Assembly (NCBI RefSeq): GCF_037042905.1
Contig: NC_087250.1
Coordinates: 14,820,001-14,884,000, forward strand
From: Lytechinus pictus
Taxonomy: Eukaryota
Length of the DNA: 64,000 bases
Direction of reading: 5' to 3'
Both the position numbers and the translations under genes were made by a program. The notes below the pieces were generated by a model, which saw nothing but the letters and a program-made list of their open reading frames with translations, searched no databases and had not been told where the DNA came from. Below, in pieces: positions 37,083-49,036 of this stretch (position 1 is the first letter of the stretch; each line of letters opens with the position of its first letter).

Positions 37083-39030
37083 ATGTTCCCAGAACGTGTT
37101 TGGAACTTTTTCAAAGACCAAGCACTCGCGATTAGAACTTGTGGAGGATATTTAGTGGACAGTGTTCTTGCACCATTGGCATAGCTGATCTCGGAGAAGT
37201 CATCGATTGAATATAATGGAATGTCAACAAAGGCCAACATCTACTTGCTCTTCGTTGGACCTCCCTCAACTGGGAAATCGCAGGCCACACAAGTAGGAAC
37301 AACTGACCCTCTACAGGCGATAGATACTGTACGAAACAACACGATTCCCCTTGCCATCGAAAAGTCCACTTCCGGAGGACTGTTTTGCAGATTGGCCGAA
37401 GGGGATGGAATGATGGTCTCCGGCGAGATACACGACATTCTTCTGAAAATGGCAAAGAATGACGGAGAGAGCGCAAGTGGGGATATTGCAACTTTGTGCT
37501 ACTTGTTTAGTGGTGAAAAAGTATCGACGACATACATGTACGCTACCCAAAACAAAAAGGAAATAGAGGCTGGGCGTGCTTTCTCCATTGTAGGTGCAAC
37601 CCAACAAGGACCAGCCGCTCATCTCCTCACAGCTCTTGACAATGGTTAACGGGATGATTGAGAAACTATTGAGCCATTTCCAAGATTGCTTGCGAACCTT
37701 TCCCAAGGATACGCGAGAAGCACACCATCGTCTACTTGAATCAGGATCGCTTAGTATCACGAAGTGTGCTATAAGTCGTCGAAAACCGACACGAAAAGGG
37801 TGTAAAATATTCCTTTTCAGATTGCAAGAAAAACTAAACAAAATGAGCAGTACATCAAGGCGATAAACCAAACCATTGTAGAGGGAACTTTTCCTCCTCA
37901 GACATTCGACTTGCCGCACCCATTCAGGTTCTCAAGTCCATAGTAGAAGACCTGCTGGTGGGACGTCCACCAAATGCACCAAACCAACTAATCGGACTGG
38001 AGAGTCTAGTGGCAGCCCAAAAGCTGGTTAAATATGCAGAAGGGCAGAAAGAGACTTTCTTAACCGTAAGTATATCAATCAACTGGTACATGGATATTGT
38101 TTAACACAAAAAATATCAATAATACCAACGTGTTATATTGCTAATTACTAGGCTTTTAGGTATATATTTGAATATTATTATATTAGAAAATACAATTCAC
38201 TTTATGAATGTGATGATCTTCTCTGAACAGAACAAATTTAATAATTGTCTATTACTCATGTGTGTATTTTGATTATACATGTAGAACATAAAGATGACAT
38301 TTTATTAACTTTTCCAAATGTTGATATTGAGTCAATAATTATGTGTGTAATTTAATGATTGCAGAAAAACATGTGACTTTATATCAATTTATGTTGTATC
38401 GATTAATGTTACAGGAACTTTGAGATATTACGACCAAAGTGACCACTCCGGTCAAGGATCAGCCAACACCAACCAGTGTGGCTGCTGCCAATGTTAGATC
38501 ACCAGGAAACGTGCCGATATATCGCTCCTTCAAGTCTACCTGCATTAAGCCCATGAGGAGCGTTAGCAGTGTGGAATTTCCAAGTGCTCTCACGGATCTC
38601 AAAGATGTTGGGGAGGTAACATCGATCCGCAGTGGAGGAAACAGCAGGCCCTCGGTGGTATTTTGTTAAAAAAGACCCAGATATCATCGACTGGGACACC
38701 TTCACTATTGTTAGTAGAGAGGAATACCCCATAGCCTGCATAAAGAATTTGCCAAGCTGTGAACACCAAAAACATGAGGAATGCGCTTATTAGCAGTGTG
38801 GAGTTTTCAAGAGCTCCCACTAATTTCAAAGATGTTGGGGCGGTAACTTAGATCCGCAGTGTAGGAAACAGCAGTTTCTCAGTGGTATTTGTTAAAAAAG
38901 ATCCTCATATCATCGACTGGGACACCTTCACTAAAGTAGAGAAGCTTACATCGCAGCCTACATAAAATTTGCCAAGCTGTGTTACCAAAAACATGAGGAA
39001 TGTGCTTATCCAAAGGAGAAATGAGATTGT
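37083..39030 (+). pseudogene. Decayed P-loop NTPase gene, DUF3987/YfjI-like, two exons (intron 38066-38414)
   Basis: NIYLLFVGPPSTGKS Walker A at 37257-37280, hydrophobic strand plus GEIHD, SIVGATQ motif; in-frame TAG at 37182, frameshift near 37647, internal about 220-bp duplication in exon 2. Confidence 0.7.
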
Positions 39031-40329
39031 TTTGTTAAGTATTTACGTGTGAACAGTGATCTTGTTTTGTATACATATTGATATCATAAGATATTGTGAT
39101 ATTAAGAATGATTTTTTATTCAAAATTGATGTCATGTACCGAAAATTATAACATGTTGAAAGCTTGATTTTTTTCTGCCGACCCAAATCATACATTATAA
39201 TTTTTTTTTTCTGTTTACAGATGTCATTAGATAGTTCAAGATTTTACTGCTTTATCTTCAAAATTTGAAATTACATGTAGTTTTAGCATGATATGTATTC
39301 ATAAACATAACCTCTCTTAATTTCTATGATAATTTCTTGTTTGTTGTACATAATATTTTAAATATATTATGAAAATATATTTTTATTTCAACTTTGAAGC
39401 ATAATTTAATGTGACTTGTTATCACCAATAACTTTCATTAGGCCTATTGTTTGCAGTATTTTTAAACAAATTTTTGTCATTGCAAACTTCATTATAATGC
39501 CAATTCATTTTTTAAATTGGATCGAGACATATTACATTAATTATAGTTGCACATGATAACAATCCCTCTTTTTTATTGCTCAGACCAAGACATTACTAAA
39601 AACATTTTTTTTCCACAATTGATGAAATTATTATGAATATCCCATAAAAAATTACAATAAATGTACAGAAAGAATGATAAAGATAAATGAAAGAAGAAAT
39701 GAGAGAAAAGGGCTAGTGTGCAAACACGGGTGAATATTTTTATATACAGACAAAAAAACATGAAGATACAAGTTTATTCTACAGGCCTGTTTATTATTTA
39801 TATATTTTGGCTTTGAATCTTATTTGTTATTTCTCCTTTTCGTCTCTGGTTTCTTACCTTTGTTATTTTTCTATTTCTTTGCTTGGTTTCTATGTATCTT
39901 ATTCTTTCTTCTATTTCTTTTCTGTTTTGTCAGTTCCTTTTTACTCCGCCTTCTATTACATTATAATTCTCCTAAAAACTAACATTTTTTTCATCACACT
40001 TTAATACAAAAACGATTACAGTTGAAGTTCTATCAGACTGACAAAAAAATTATAGTAGTAAATATTGCAAAAAAGAATAATCAATAAAAACTTATAATTA
40101 TAATAATTTTCATGATCTATGTCTACATTTTCCTCAGATCTTCATCAATTACTTTCATTAGGCCAATTATTTCTATTAAAAAAATTCAGTGCAAACTTCC
40201 ACTTTAATGGCAACTCCATTTTAAGATTGGAACGAGAAATATTACATTCATACAGGTATATGGTTGCACTTACATGTATAGACTTCTAATGATACTGTAA
40301 GGCGCTGTAAGGTTGAGAAAAAAATGTAG

Positions 40330-40945
40330 CTCTATGCAGCAAACTCAATCATCATCAAACCAAATGGGAAGTAAGTGAAACTATATGAGACGCAAAATGA
40401 ATCGAACAGAACCCGAAGAAGTCTGGTAGTGCACTGCTTTAAATTAGCTTTAATCTCTGGGCTACTTTGCCTCAGCTAAACTCAGAATCACATAATAATT
40501 TACATATTCAAATCAAGTAGAGTCAACCAATCAAAATCAAATGAATGGAAGGATCGAACTAAAATGTAAGAACCCAATTCATAAGATAAACCAATAAGGA
40601 ATGAGATGAAGATGATAAAGGATGTCTGGTGATTATGTAATAATGGGAATAGAAACTAAGGAGTCAGGTGAGGGATGCAATGAGTGGAACACCTGAAGAG
40701 AGAATAGAGAAGGAATGAAGATGACAAAAGAAAAAGAGAGAAAAGGCATTCAGAGTAGAATGAATGAATGACAACTGAATATCATTGAACTCAAATACCT
40801 AAGTTCAGACTGCAAGGGCAGTACTGAAAAGAAATTCAAATGAACTCAAGTCTAGACAGTTCACAGAAATGTAAAACAGCTGAAGAAAACACAAGTCAAA
40901 GGAAATAAACAAAATAGGAAAATGACAAAATAACCATCCTACAAT
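40330..40945. repeat. Right arm of about 600-bp diverged inverted repeat
   Basis: Colinear reverse complement of 35995-36590. Confidence 0.85.
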
Positions 40946-41308
40946 ACAAATCCCTCTTTTTTATTGCTCAGAACCACTCATTCAATGAACAAGGTTATGC
41001 TCAGTGTCAGAACGAGACATTAAATAAACAGATGGTGAGAGAAGAGGGCCTAGGCTATAGATCTAGTCTTTAAAAATATGTAATTCATTAAAACAAACAG
41101 TTTGTACTTTTCCTACAAACCATGATAAAGCAATTGGGTGTCTCGCGTTTTCAAATTTTTGGATAAATTCTAGCTGTAGGATGGAAGATCGGGTGTCCGG
41201 ACACTTTATATTTTTGAAGCCTTCTTTTTTGTCTTAAGATTACACTAAAAATATGAATTCAATAGTTGTAATCATCTTATATTTTGTTCTCTATAATATT
41301 TCCTTACA

Positions 41309-43156
41309 CAAGGCTCCACATTAACTTTTTTTGGTGGTGGCCCGTTTGGGCCACCAAAACCATCAAATAATTTTTTTTGGTGGCCCGATATTAAAGTTTG
41401 GTGGCCCGAAAAATATAAAGAAAAACATTAAAAATGAATAAAACAAACTTCTGAAATATTAATTCTGCAGCCACTACCACTAAGTTACTTTCACTTTATA
41501 CTTCTTGTATGTAAACCTTGTTTGCTGTTATTTACTTTGCTAATTGATAATTGTTTCTATCGTTGTAAAAATGAAATGATTGAAAGTGAATAAATGAATT
41601 GTATTGTTCGCAGGTTGTGTGGACTTTTTTTTAAATCTCTGTATAGAGATAATGGTAAAGTAAATAAATAGTGCATAGCAAACTCAGATAGATGTACAAA
41701 ACAATGTTTTTTCCTTCCTTCCTCTTTGAATCCTAAAACCTAGATTATGCATGCCCCAAATCCAGTTTATTTCTCTTTTGCAGCATATTATAGAAGGAGA
41801 AAATCACAGAAAAATATGCTGCAAAATTAGAACAATGCATAAAAGGGGGAAACAAACGAAAATAATTTTCAAAAAGTATATAACAAAAAGAAAACAAAAT
41901 AATAAAAGAAATTAGTGAAATAAAACAAAAGAAAGAAAATGAAGAAAGAAAAAAACAAAGAACAGGGAAAAAAGGAAAAAAATTAGAGAGAAAAAAGAAA
42001 AGAAAATTAAAGAAAAATTAATAAAACAAGGTTAATATAAAAATGGGGAAAAGGGGAAAATTAAGAAGCCATTAGGCCCTACATATATTTTTAACAGCTG
42101 TGGCAACAGTCTATTCTGACTGGAATATAATTAAAAGCCAAGCAAATAATTTTCACTTACCTTTTGGGAATGGCACATTTCTACTTTTATATCCTTTAGT
42201 TTGTATTATTTTATTTTCAGTAGAACCATATTTTTTAATCAGGCATATTCAATGGGAAGGGGTATAAATGGTTTAACCACTGTCAAAAAAAAATGAAAGA
42301 AAAAAAAAGAAAACGGCAAAAACTATATCTGGAAAAAGTGTGAGAAAAGTCCTTCCCTATATTTGCCAAAATGTTGGAAAAAAATCACATTTCATATCAA
42401 TGAAATGCCTTCCCAAAGTATTTACTTTCTCAAGAGTGGTTTAAGAAGTCATTTATAAACAAGAAAGAAATAAACTGTCTGTCTGTTTAAGGCTAGAAAA
42501 TACACAGCTTCGAAAGAAACCAAGTATCAACATACATACAAATGCACACGTGGGACTGTGATGTACTTGCCTATGTGTTTTTATGTGTATTAATTCATGT
42601 GGAAATCAGTCTTTTTGAGTTAAAAGAGAGGTCATAATTCCTCTTCTTAATACTTGCAAATAATCAGGGTACACCAGATTTTCGTAATATAGACTGTAGA
42701 ATTGCATTTCATTGGTGTAAAAGGTGACTTTGACTTAGATTTTCAAAGTTCTGTGGAAGATTTCTCAGCAGCAACATTTTTTATCGCAGCTCCCTGAGTC
42801 TGAATGGGCTGAGCTAGATCTAGAGCACAGCTGTATGCAGTGGCTTCATGCAAAGCTCACGCCAGCCGGCCGGCGCGGCTGGCTGGATAATAGCTACTGT
42901 ATGCTATAGCTGTAGGCCTAATATGCAAACTTTGTGTGTGTGTATTTGTGTGTAGATCAACAAAAAGGGCGCATGACGGGCTTGCAATTTGAGCTGTAGA
43001 AAGTTGATAAATGCGTGCAAAATTGGGAGAAAAATTGCGCTACTTTGAAAATTATTGGTTTCCCGATTCGGGCCACCAAAACTTAACATTTTATCAATAA
43101 TGGTTGCCCGAGGTGAATTTTTGGTGGCCCCGGGCCACCGCTAATGTCGAGCCTTG
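41309..43156. mobile_element. P-element-like non-autonomous transposon
   Basis: TIR caaggctc(c/g)acatta, 7-bp TSD ccttaca, subterminal ggtggccc motifs. Confidence 0.8.
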
Positions 43157-43359
43157 CCTTACATTTTGTACTAAAAATTGATGACACTTCGCTTGTAATT
43201 TTTTCCAAAAGACTTTCTAAAATTGATCGTCCGGACACACAACCTGTCCGGACACACAACAACTGGGTATACCGTATATTCCAACCAGAAAATAAAGATC
43301 GTGTCTCAATACGAGAGCAAAATATCATAAAATAAAAAATTTCTTCTCCTTTTCTTCTA

Positions 43360-43690
43360 AACCATCTTCTCAATCCTCTTCTTAGACAGGAATAACCGTC
43401 GTTTCTGGGGATTTATTCAACAATTTCTGACATTTTACTGTAATCCCCATGAGCCAACGCAGTTCAGCGGAACAACCAAAATACAGAGACTGAAGCTTTT
43501 GGTCTATCCTCTTCTTTGACTTTCGTTCTTTATCTTCCTCTTCTCCTCGACCTCATGCAATACATCATGTTGCCGTTGGCTCGCCTTGCCAGCGCAGGGG
43601 CCGCGCCGGAGATCAAATCTTCACAATCGTAGGTCGCTCGTACTCGAAGGTGACCAACACTCAACAGCAAGAAATGTGATTCTGCAGTTC
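43360..43690 (-). promoter_or_regulatory. Candidate CABIN1 promoter/non-coding first exon
   Basis: Non-repetitive, locally CpG-rich patch upstream of the first coding exon, which itself has a splice acceptor; no strong donor identified. Confidence 0.3.
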
Positions 43691-44799
43691 AGCCCCGGGG
43701 GGGCCACTTACATTGACGAGTGGATACCATGCGCGACCAAAAAAACACGTAAAAAGGATGTCTTTTTCACGATAGGGCACGTTACGTACGTAACGTGATA
43801 AGGGTGTCAAAAACACAAAAATAATGAAAAAAGGGTATCTATTTCGCTAGGAAAATTACGTGTTTAGGGTCGAATTCGCGGGGATGATAAAACAAAATTA
43901 AAATGTTTTATAAAGGATGTCCTTTTTGCCCCAACACTTCGTCTTTAGAGTCCAATTTGCGCGAGGTGTAGAAGGTGGGGTCGTACTAAACCAAATAAGG
44001 TAAAGCCGACGACCGAAGGACCCGTAACAATAAATAAAACATTCGGCTTAACTGCAGAATACCCCGACACTGCTCACTACCCAATCGTTGGTCAGCCAAC
44101 ACAACGATGTCAAGACCTATAGCTATATACTAATTCAATGGTATATAGCCTAGATATATCCATACTATTATATACGTACATGCATTACTGGTACTACTAC
44201 TACTACTATACTACGTACGTACGTACGTATGACGGTACGTACGAGCAATGCATCCAGGCCATACGTAATGACCTTTGCCCTTTGACTACTACTAGAGCTA
44301 TAATTAAACATCGTTGGGTGCGCAACGACCCACGTTGTGACGGTACGGACGGTGCAATATAATATTCAAAACATCGCTAGCCAACGACCAACGATGTGAC
44401 GGTGCCATGTAACATTTAAAACATCGTTGGCTAACCAACGACCCACGATGTGAAGGTGCAATAGTACAAGATTAATACACTCTTTTAAATTACCTACTAC
44501 TACTAGCTATTGCTATACATCGTTGGGTGCGCCGCTAGCCAACGACCAACGATGTGACCGTGCAATGCAACATTCAAAACATCGTTGGCAAGCGTTTCAG
44601 AGTATGGTTTCACAAAACAGTTTAATATATGCATATCCTGGTTAGTGAGGTGATCGATGTCATTCACTCTCTATTTCTTTTGTATTTTTTATACATGAAA
44701 TATTTTCATTTTTTCTTCATTAAAATATGAAATAAAGTTTTAATTCCCATTGAAGGAATTCAATGGGAATTGAATTCAATGGCCGGGAATTGAATTCAA

Positions 44800-44817
44800 T
44801 TAGGGTTAGGGTTAGGG

Positions 44818-44858
<41 letters not shown>

Positions 44859-44884
44859 GGTTAGGGTTAGGGTTAGGGTTAGGG

Positions 44885-44944
<60 letters not shown>

Positions 44945-44979
44945 GGTTAGGGTTAGGGTTAGGGTTAGGGTTAGGGTTA
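44800..44979 (+). repeat. Interstitial telomeric repeat (TTAGGG)29 with three TTTAGGG variants
   Basis: Directly visible. Confidence 0.98.
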
Positions 44980-46600
44980 TATTCACATCGTTGGCATCGC
45001 CGGCAATGTTGGCCTCTACAACAGGCATATTCACATCGTTGGCATCGCCGGCAATGTTGGCCTATGTAAGATACATTCACATCGTTGGCACTGTTGGCAT
45101 CTACTACAGGCACCAACACATCGTTGGCATCGCGGGCGCTGTTGGTATATACATACTAAACATACATTCACATCGTTGGCATCGCCGGCAAAGTTGGCCT
45201 ATACTTACTAAAGATACATTCACATCGTTGGCATCGCCGGCAATGTTGGCCTCTACTACAGGCATATTCACATCGTTGGCATCGCCGGCAATGTTGGCCT
45301 CTACTACAGGCATATTCACATCGTTGGCATCGCCGGCAATGTTGGCCTATGTAAGATACATTCACATCGTTGGCACTGTTGGCATCTACTACAGGCACCA
45401 ACACATCGTTGGCATCGCGGGCGCTGTTGGTATATACATACTAAACATACGTTCACATCGTTGGCATCGCCGGCAAAGTTGGCCTATACTTACTAAAGAT
45501 ACATTCACATCGTTGGCATCGATGGCAAGGTTGGCCTGTACTACAGACACCAACACATCGTTGGCATCCTGGCCGGCGCTGTTGGCCTATACGTACTAAA
45601 GATACATTTACATTGTTGGCATCGTTGGCACTGTTGGCATCTACTACAGGCACCAACACATCGTTGGCATCGCGGGCGCTGTTGGCCTATACATACAAAA
45701 GATACATTCACATCGTTGGCATCGCGGGAAAGGTTGGCCTATACTACAGACACCAACACATCGTTGGCATCCTGGCCGGCGCTGTTGGCCTATACGTACT
45801 AAAGATACATTTACATTGTTGGCATCGTTGGCACTGTTGGCATCTACTACAGGCACCAACACATCGTTGGCATCGCGGGCGCTGTTGGCCTATACCTACT
45901 AAAGATACATTCACATCGTTGGCATCGAGGGCAATGTTAGCCTGTACTCTACAGTACAGACACCAACACATCGTTGGCATCGCGGGCAATGTTGGTCTAC
46001 ATAGGAAACTACAGATATGATCGCATCGTTGGCATCGCGGGCACTGTTGGCATGTACTACAGACACCAACACATCGTTGCCATGGCGGGCAATGTTGGTT
46101 TACATAGGCAACTACAGATATGATCGCATCGTTGGCATCGAGGGCAATGTTGGCCTGTACTACAGACACCAACACATCGTTGGCATCGCGGGCAATGTTG
46201 GTCTACACATACTACGGAAATATACACATCGTTGGCATCGCGGACACTGTTGGTCTACATACTACAGAACACAGATATAGATCGTTGGCATCGAGGGCAG
46301 TGTTGGCCTGTACCGACTACAGACACCAACACACCGCTACCATCGCGGACTGTGTTGGCCTACACGTACTACGAAAATATACACATCGTTGGCATCGCGG
46401 GCAATGTCGGCCTACATACTACAGATGCACACAGATATATATATAGATCGTTGGCATCGCGGGCAGTGTTGGCCTGTACTACGGACACCAACGCACCGCT
46501 AGCATCGCGGACTGTGTTGGCCTACACGTACTACGAAAATATACACATCGTTGGCATCGCGGACACTGTTGGTCTACATACTAATCGCGCGCGCTCGCAT
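44980..46600. repeat. 40-55-bp minisatellite with higher-order structure, about 33 units
   Basis: Conserved core cacatcgttggcatcgc.ggca.tgttggcct with variable linkers. Confidence 0.95.
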
Positions 46601-47084
46601 CGTTAGCGTTACAGTGCAGTCTGAACACTTAGAATCTATTCAAAAAATACTTGTAAGTTGTAAATCATTCAATTATTTATTATAGCTGATTTTCTGATTT
46701 GATAGCTTAAGTACATCGTTGTGCGTTGGCTCTCCAACGATAAGGTAACGCAGTGTCCGGGTATTCTGCAGTTGTTCCAAACATTCCTGTACTTGTTTAG
46801 GGGTTCATTTCAGGGAACATTTTCCAAGAGTATCGTTTTGTTACCAATACTTGTTAAGGGTAGGGTTTCACACGCCAATACTTGTTAAGGGGCGCATTTT
46901 CAGAATATGGGAATTACGTGTTTAGGGTGCTTTTCGAGACCCCATGGTCGCGCATGGTATCCACTCGTGAATGGAAGTGGCCCCCCCGGGAGTTCAGCCT
47001 TAATTTTTCCTCCTTTTTCACAACATACACATGATCTTCACAATCCATCAGCATCACCACATCATGACCGGAAATCCCGAACAG

Positions 47085-47531
47085 CAGTAGAGGCGCACGG
47101 CCAATATTGGAGACTGTCTCCAATGTGGGAGATTATCTCCAATATCAGAGACTTTTGTAAAGAATTTGAGTATCCAATTTCAGAGACAGTCTCCAGTTTT
47201 GGAGTCCAATTTCCTTTGTTTACATTTGCTGTAAAAGGATTACCTTGGCGGTAAATAAAAATGTGATAAGCAGATTCCTCATGAAAAATTACCCCTTTTC
47301 ACCGTCTACTTTAAATATTCACCGTCTACTTTTGTTTTGATAAGGATTTTTGTTGTCAATCACACACAAAACAAATGGGCTTCTGACCTCAGTGAGACAA
47401 AATTTTGGGTGGAAAAAATCATGCTTTTGTTGGTGTTGTTTCTTTTGTCCTCTTGCAAAGCAAGTCTCCAATGTGGGAGATTGTCTCCCCTATTGGAGAG
47501 AGTCTCCCATATTGGCCGTGCGCCTCTACTG
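47085..47531. mobile_element. MITE with 5-bp TSD
   Basis: TIR cagtagaggcgcacggccaatat; TSD aacag on both sides. Confidence 0.88.
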
Positions 47532-48252
47532 AACAGCATTAGTCTAAAACTTTAGATTTTGACAATGAATGTCAATCACCACTGATCACTCCAAAGTCCA
47601 AATAAATGACAACATTCCCAATCAAAATTATTATTCTTTTTTTATATTTTGTCAATTTCTCAAATTAAACATGATTATTGATAAACTTGTGTCGTTGTGA
47701 AGTTGTGTAACATACCCATACCAGTACCACCACTAGACCCTATACACCTTCTTTCAAAACAGAAAATAAAGGGGAAATTTGGCTTACCCATCCACAAAGT
47801 TGACAAGATGGAATTCAAATTGGCCCCGGCGTCCTGCCTGATCGCGGATCGCGCTGTTGCCTGGCCTGGGAATTCCCATTCATTCATTCACTATGCACGT
47901 TACCAGCACGAACAAAGCAGTCATAGTCATAGACATAGATCATCATTTGGCATTTCAGGATACCGTACGGGATACCGGCAGTACCGTCGTTCACAAAGGA
48001 TTCGACCATTATCATCTCGACCCCAAGTACGGGGAACTCGGCATACGTGAACGTGACATCAGTATGACGATAAAGCGAGCGTCGAATTTGGATCACCTTC
48101 CCGGATCACCTTGTCGACAAAATAAAAAAAAGGAATTAACGTAAAACGATTTTACCTTTAAAAATTCAAAGATACTCTTTCGTGTGCTATGCAGATGTGA
48201 TTCCACTTTTTCCCTTACGTTGATGCACATGGGCCTCACTTGTACGAGGCAC

Positions 48253-48637
48253 CACTATTACGTACGGGGGGCAGTCTGCCCCCCTGACGAGCCACTACAA
48301 CCACTGAACTAGAGATTTTTTAGTTCAGTGGCCACAACCCATGGAAAGGACGTATCCCTGCCCCCCTGACGAGCTTGAAGACCTTTATTGCCCCCCCTGA
48401 CGAGCTTGAAGACTTTTTTTTTTTTTTTTTTTGCTTGCTTAATTGTCAATTTTTTTTCTGATATGAAATCCTTTATTTGTGATTGAAGACCTTTTTTTTT
48501 TTGCTTGTCAATTTTTTTTTCTGTTACGAAATCCTTTATTTGTGATTGAAGACTTTTTTTTTTGCTTGTCAAATTTTTTGGCGGACGGTTTTGCCCCCGT
48601 CCCCTGTGGAAAATCCTAGGTACGCCGTACGCCACTG
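48253..48637 (-). mobile_element. hAT-like MITE family D (cagtggcgtacc), inverted copy without TSD
   Basis: Reverse complement of 58830-59135; flanks do not match. Confidence 0.8.
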
Positions 48638-48640
48638 GCA

Positions 48641-49036
48641 CAGATCATTGGTCCTGCCCAGTGGCGTACCTAGGATTTTCCAGGATTTTTGTCAGGGGGG
48701 GCAAAAAGGTCTTTCAAGCTCGTCAGGGGGGCAGGGATACATGCATGGGTGGTGGCTCGTCAGGGGGGGGGGCAGACTACCCCTCTGCCCCCCCCCCCCC
48801 GTAGGTACGCTAGTGGTCCTGCCTATCTCTACAATCCGTTGAATCGCATTTTCACAGTCATGGGCTTCTACAACTCTTGTGCAAACCCAATCATCTACAC
48901 CATGAGCAATGCCGAATTTAGACTTGCCGCCAAAAGCGTTCTGACGCGTAAAGGTAGCGATAAAATATCGGCTTTCGGAATCAAATCAGAAACAGACAAT
49001 GCCGATACTGCAACGAGTTCAGTGCACGATGCTTAA
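48641..49036 (+). pseudogene. Class A GPCR C-terminal fragment (ECL3-TM7-tail), paralog of 61086-62318
   Basis: Removing the MITE restores QIIGPAYLYNPLNRIFTVMGFYNSCANPIIY...; TM1-6 not found upstream. Confidence 0.8.
48659..48815 (+). mobile_element. hAT-like MITE family D inserted in GPCR fragment
   Basis: 8-bp TSD gtcctgcc. Confidence 0.9.

Larger units (their letters stand above)
44045..46778. mobile_element. Inner non-autonomous TIR element (GG...CC ends, Merlin-like) carrying telomeric tract and minisatellite
   Basis: About 65-bp imperfect TIR gg...aactgcagaatacc; 8-bp TSD aaacattc at 44037-44044 and 46779-46786. Confidence 0.88.
43694..46990. mobile_element. Outer TIR element (about 555 bp when empty), CCCGGG termini
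   Basis: TIR cccgggggggccactt.catt.acgagtggataccatgcgcgacca; 8-bp TSD agttcagc at 43686-43693 and 46991-46998. Confidence 0.92.

Noticed and set aside
37221..37649. Intact bacterial gene or contamination
   Set aside because: It has in-frame stops, frameshifts and a GT-AG intron, and is embedded among host repeats and exons.
43363..43365. Alternative CABIN1 start as ATG|gtttag spliced to exon 35469-35532
   Set aside because: The donor is weak. Exon 36928-36991 has much better splice signals and its own in-frame start.
44800..44979. True chromosome end, telomere fusion site or mis-join
   Set aside because: The tract has a single orientation, and matching TIRs and TSDs of two nested elements lie on both sides, showing continuity.
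44980..46600. CRISPR array
   Set aside because: Linkers are short, related and recur in blocks. Repeats vary, there are no cas genes, the context is eukaryotic, and the array lies inside a TIR element.
44916..46606. Protein-coding ORFs in the ORF track (up to 202 aa)
   Set aside because: They are translations of the minisatellite, open in several frames on both strands.
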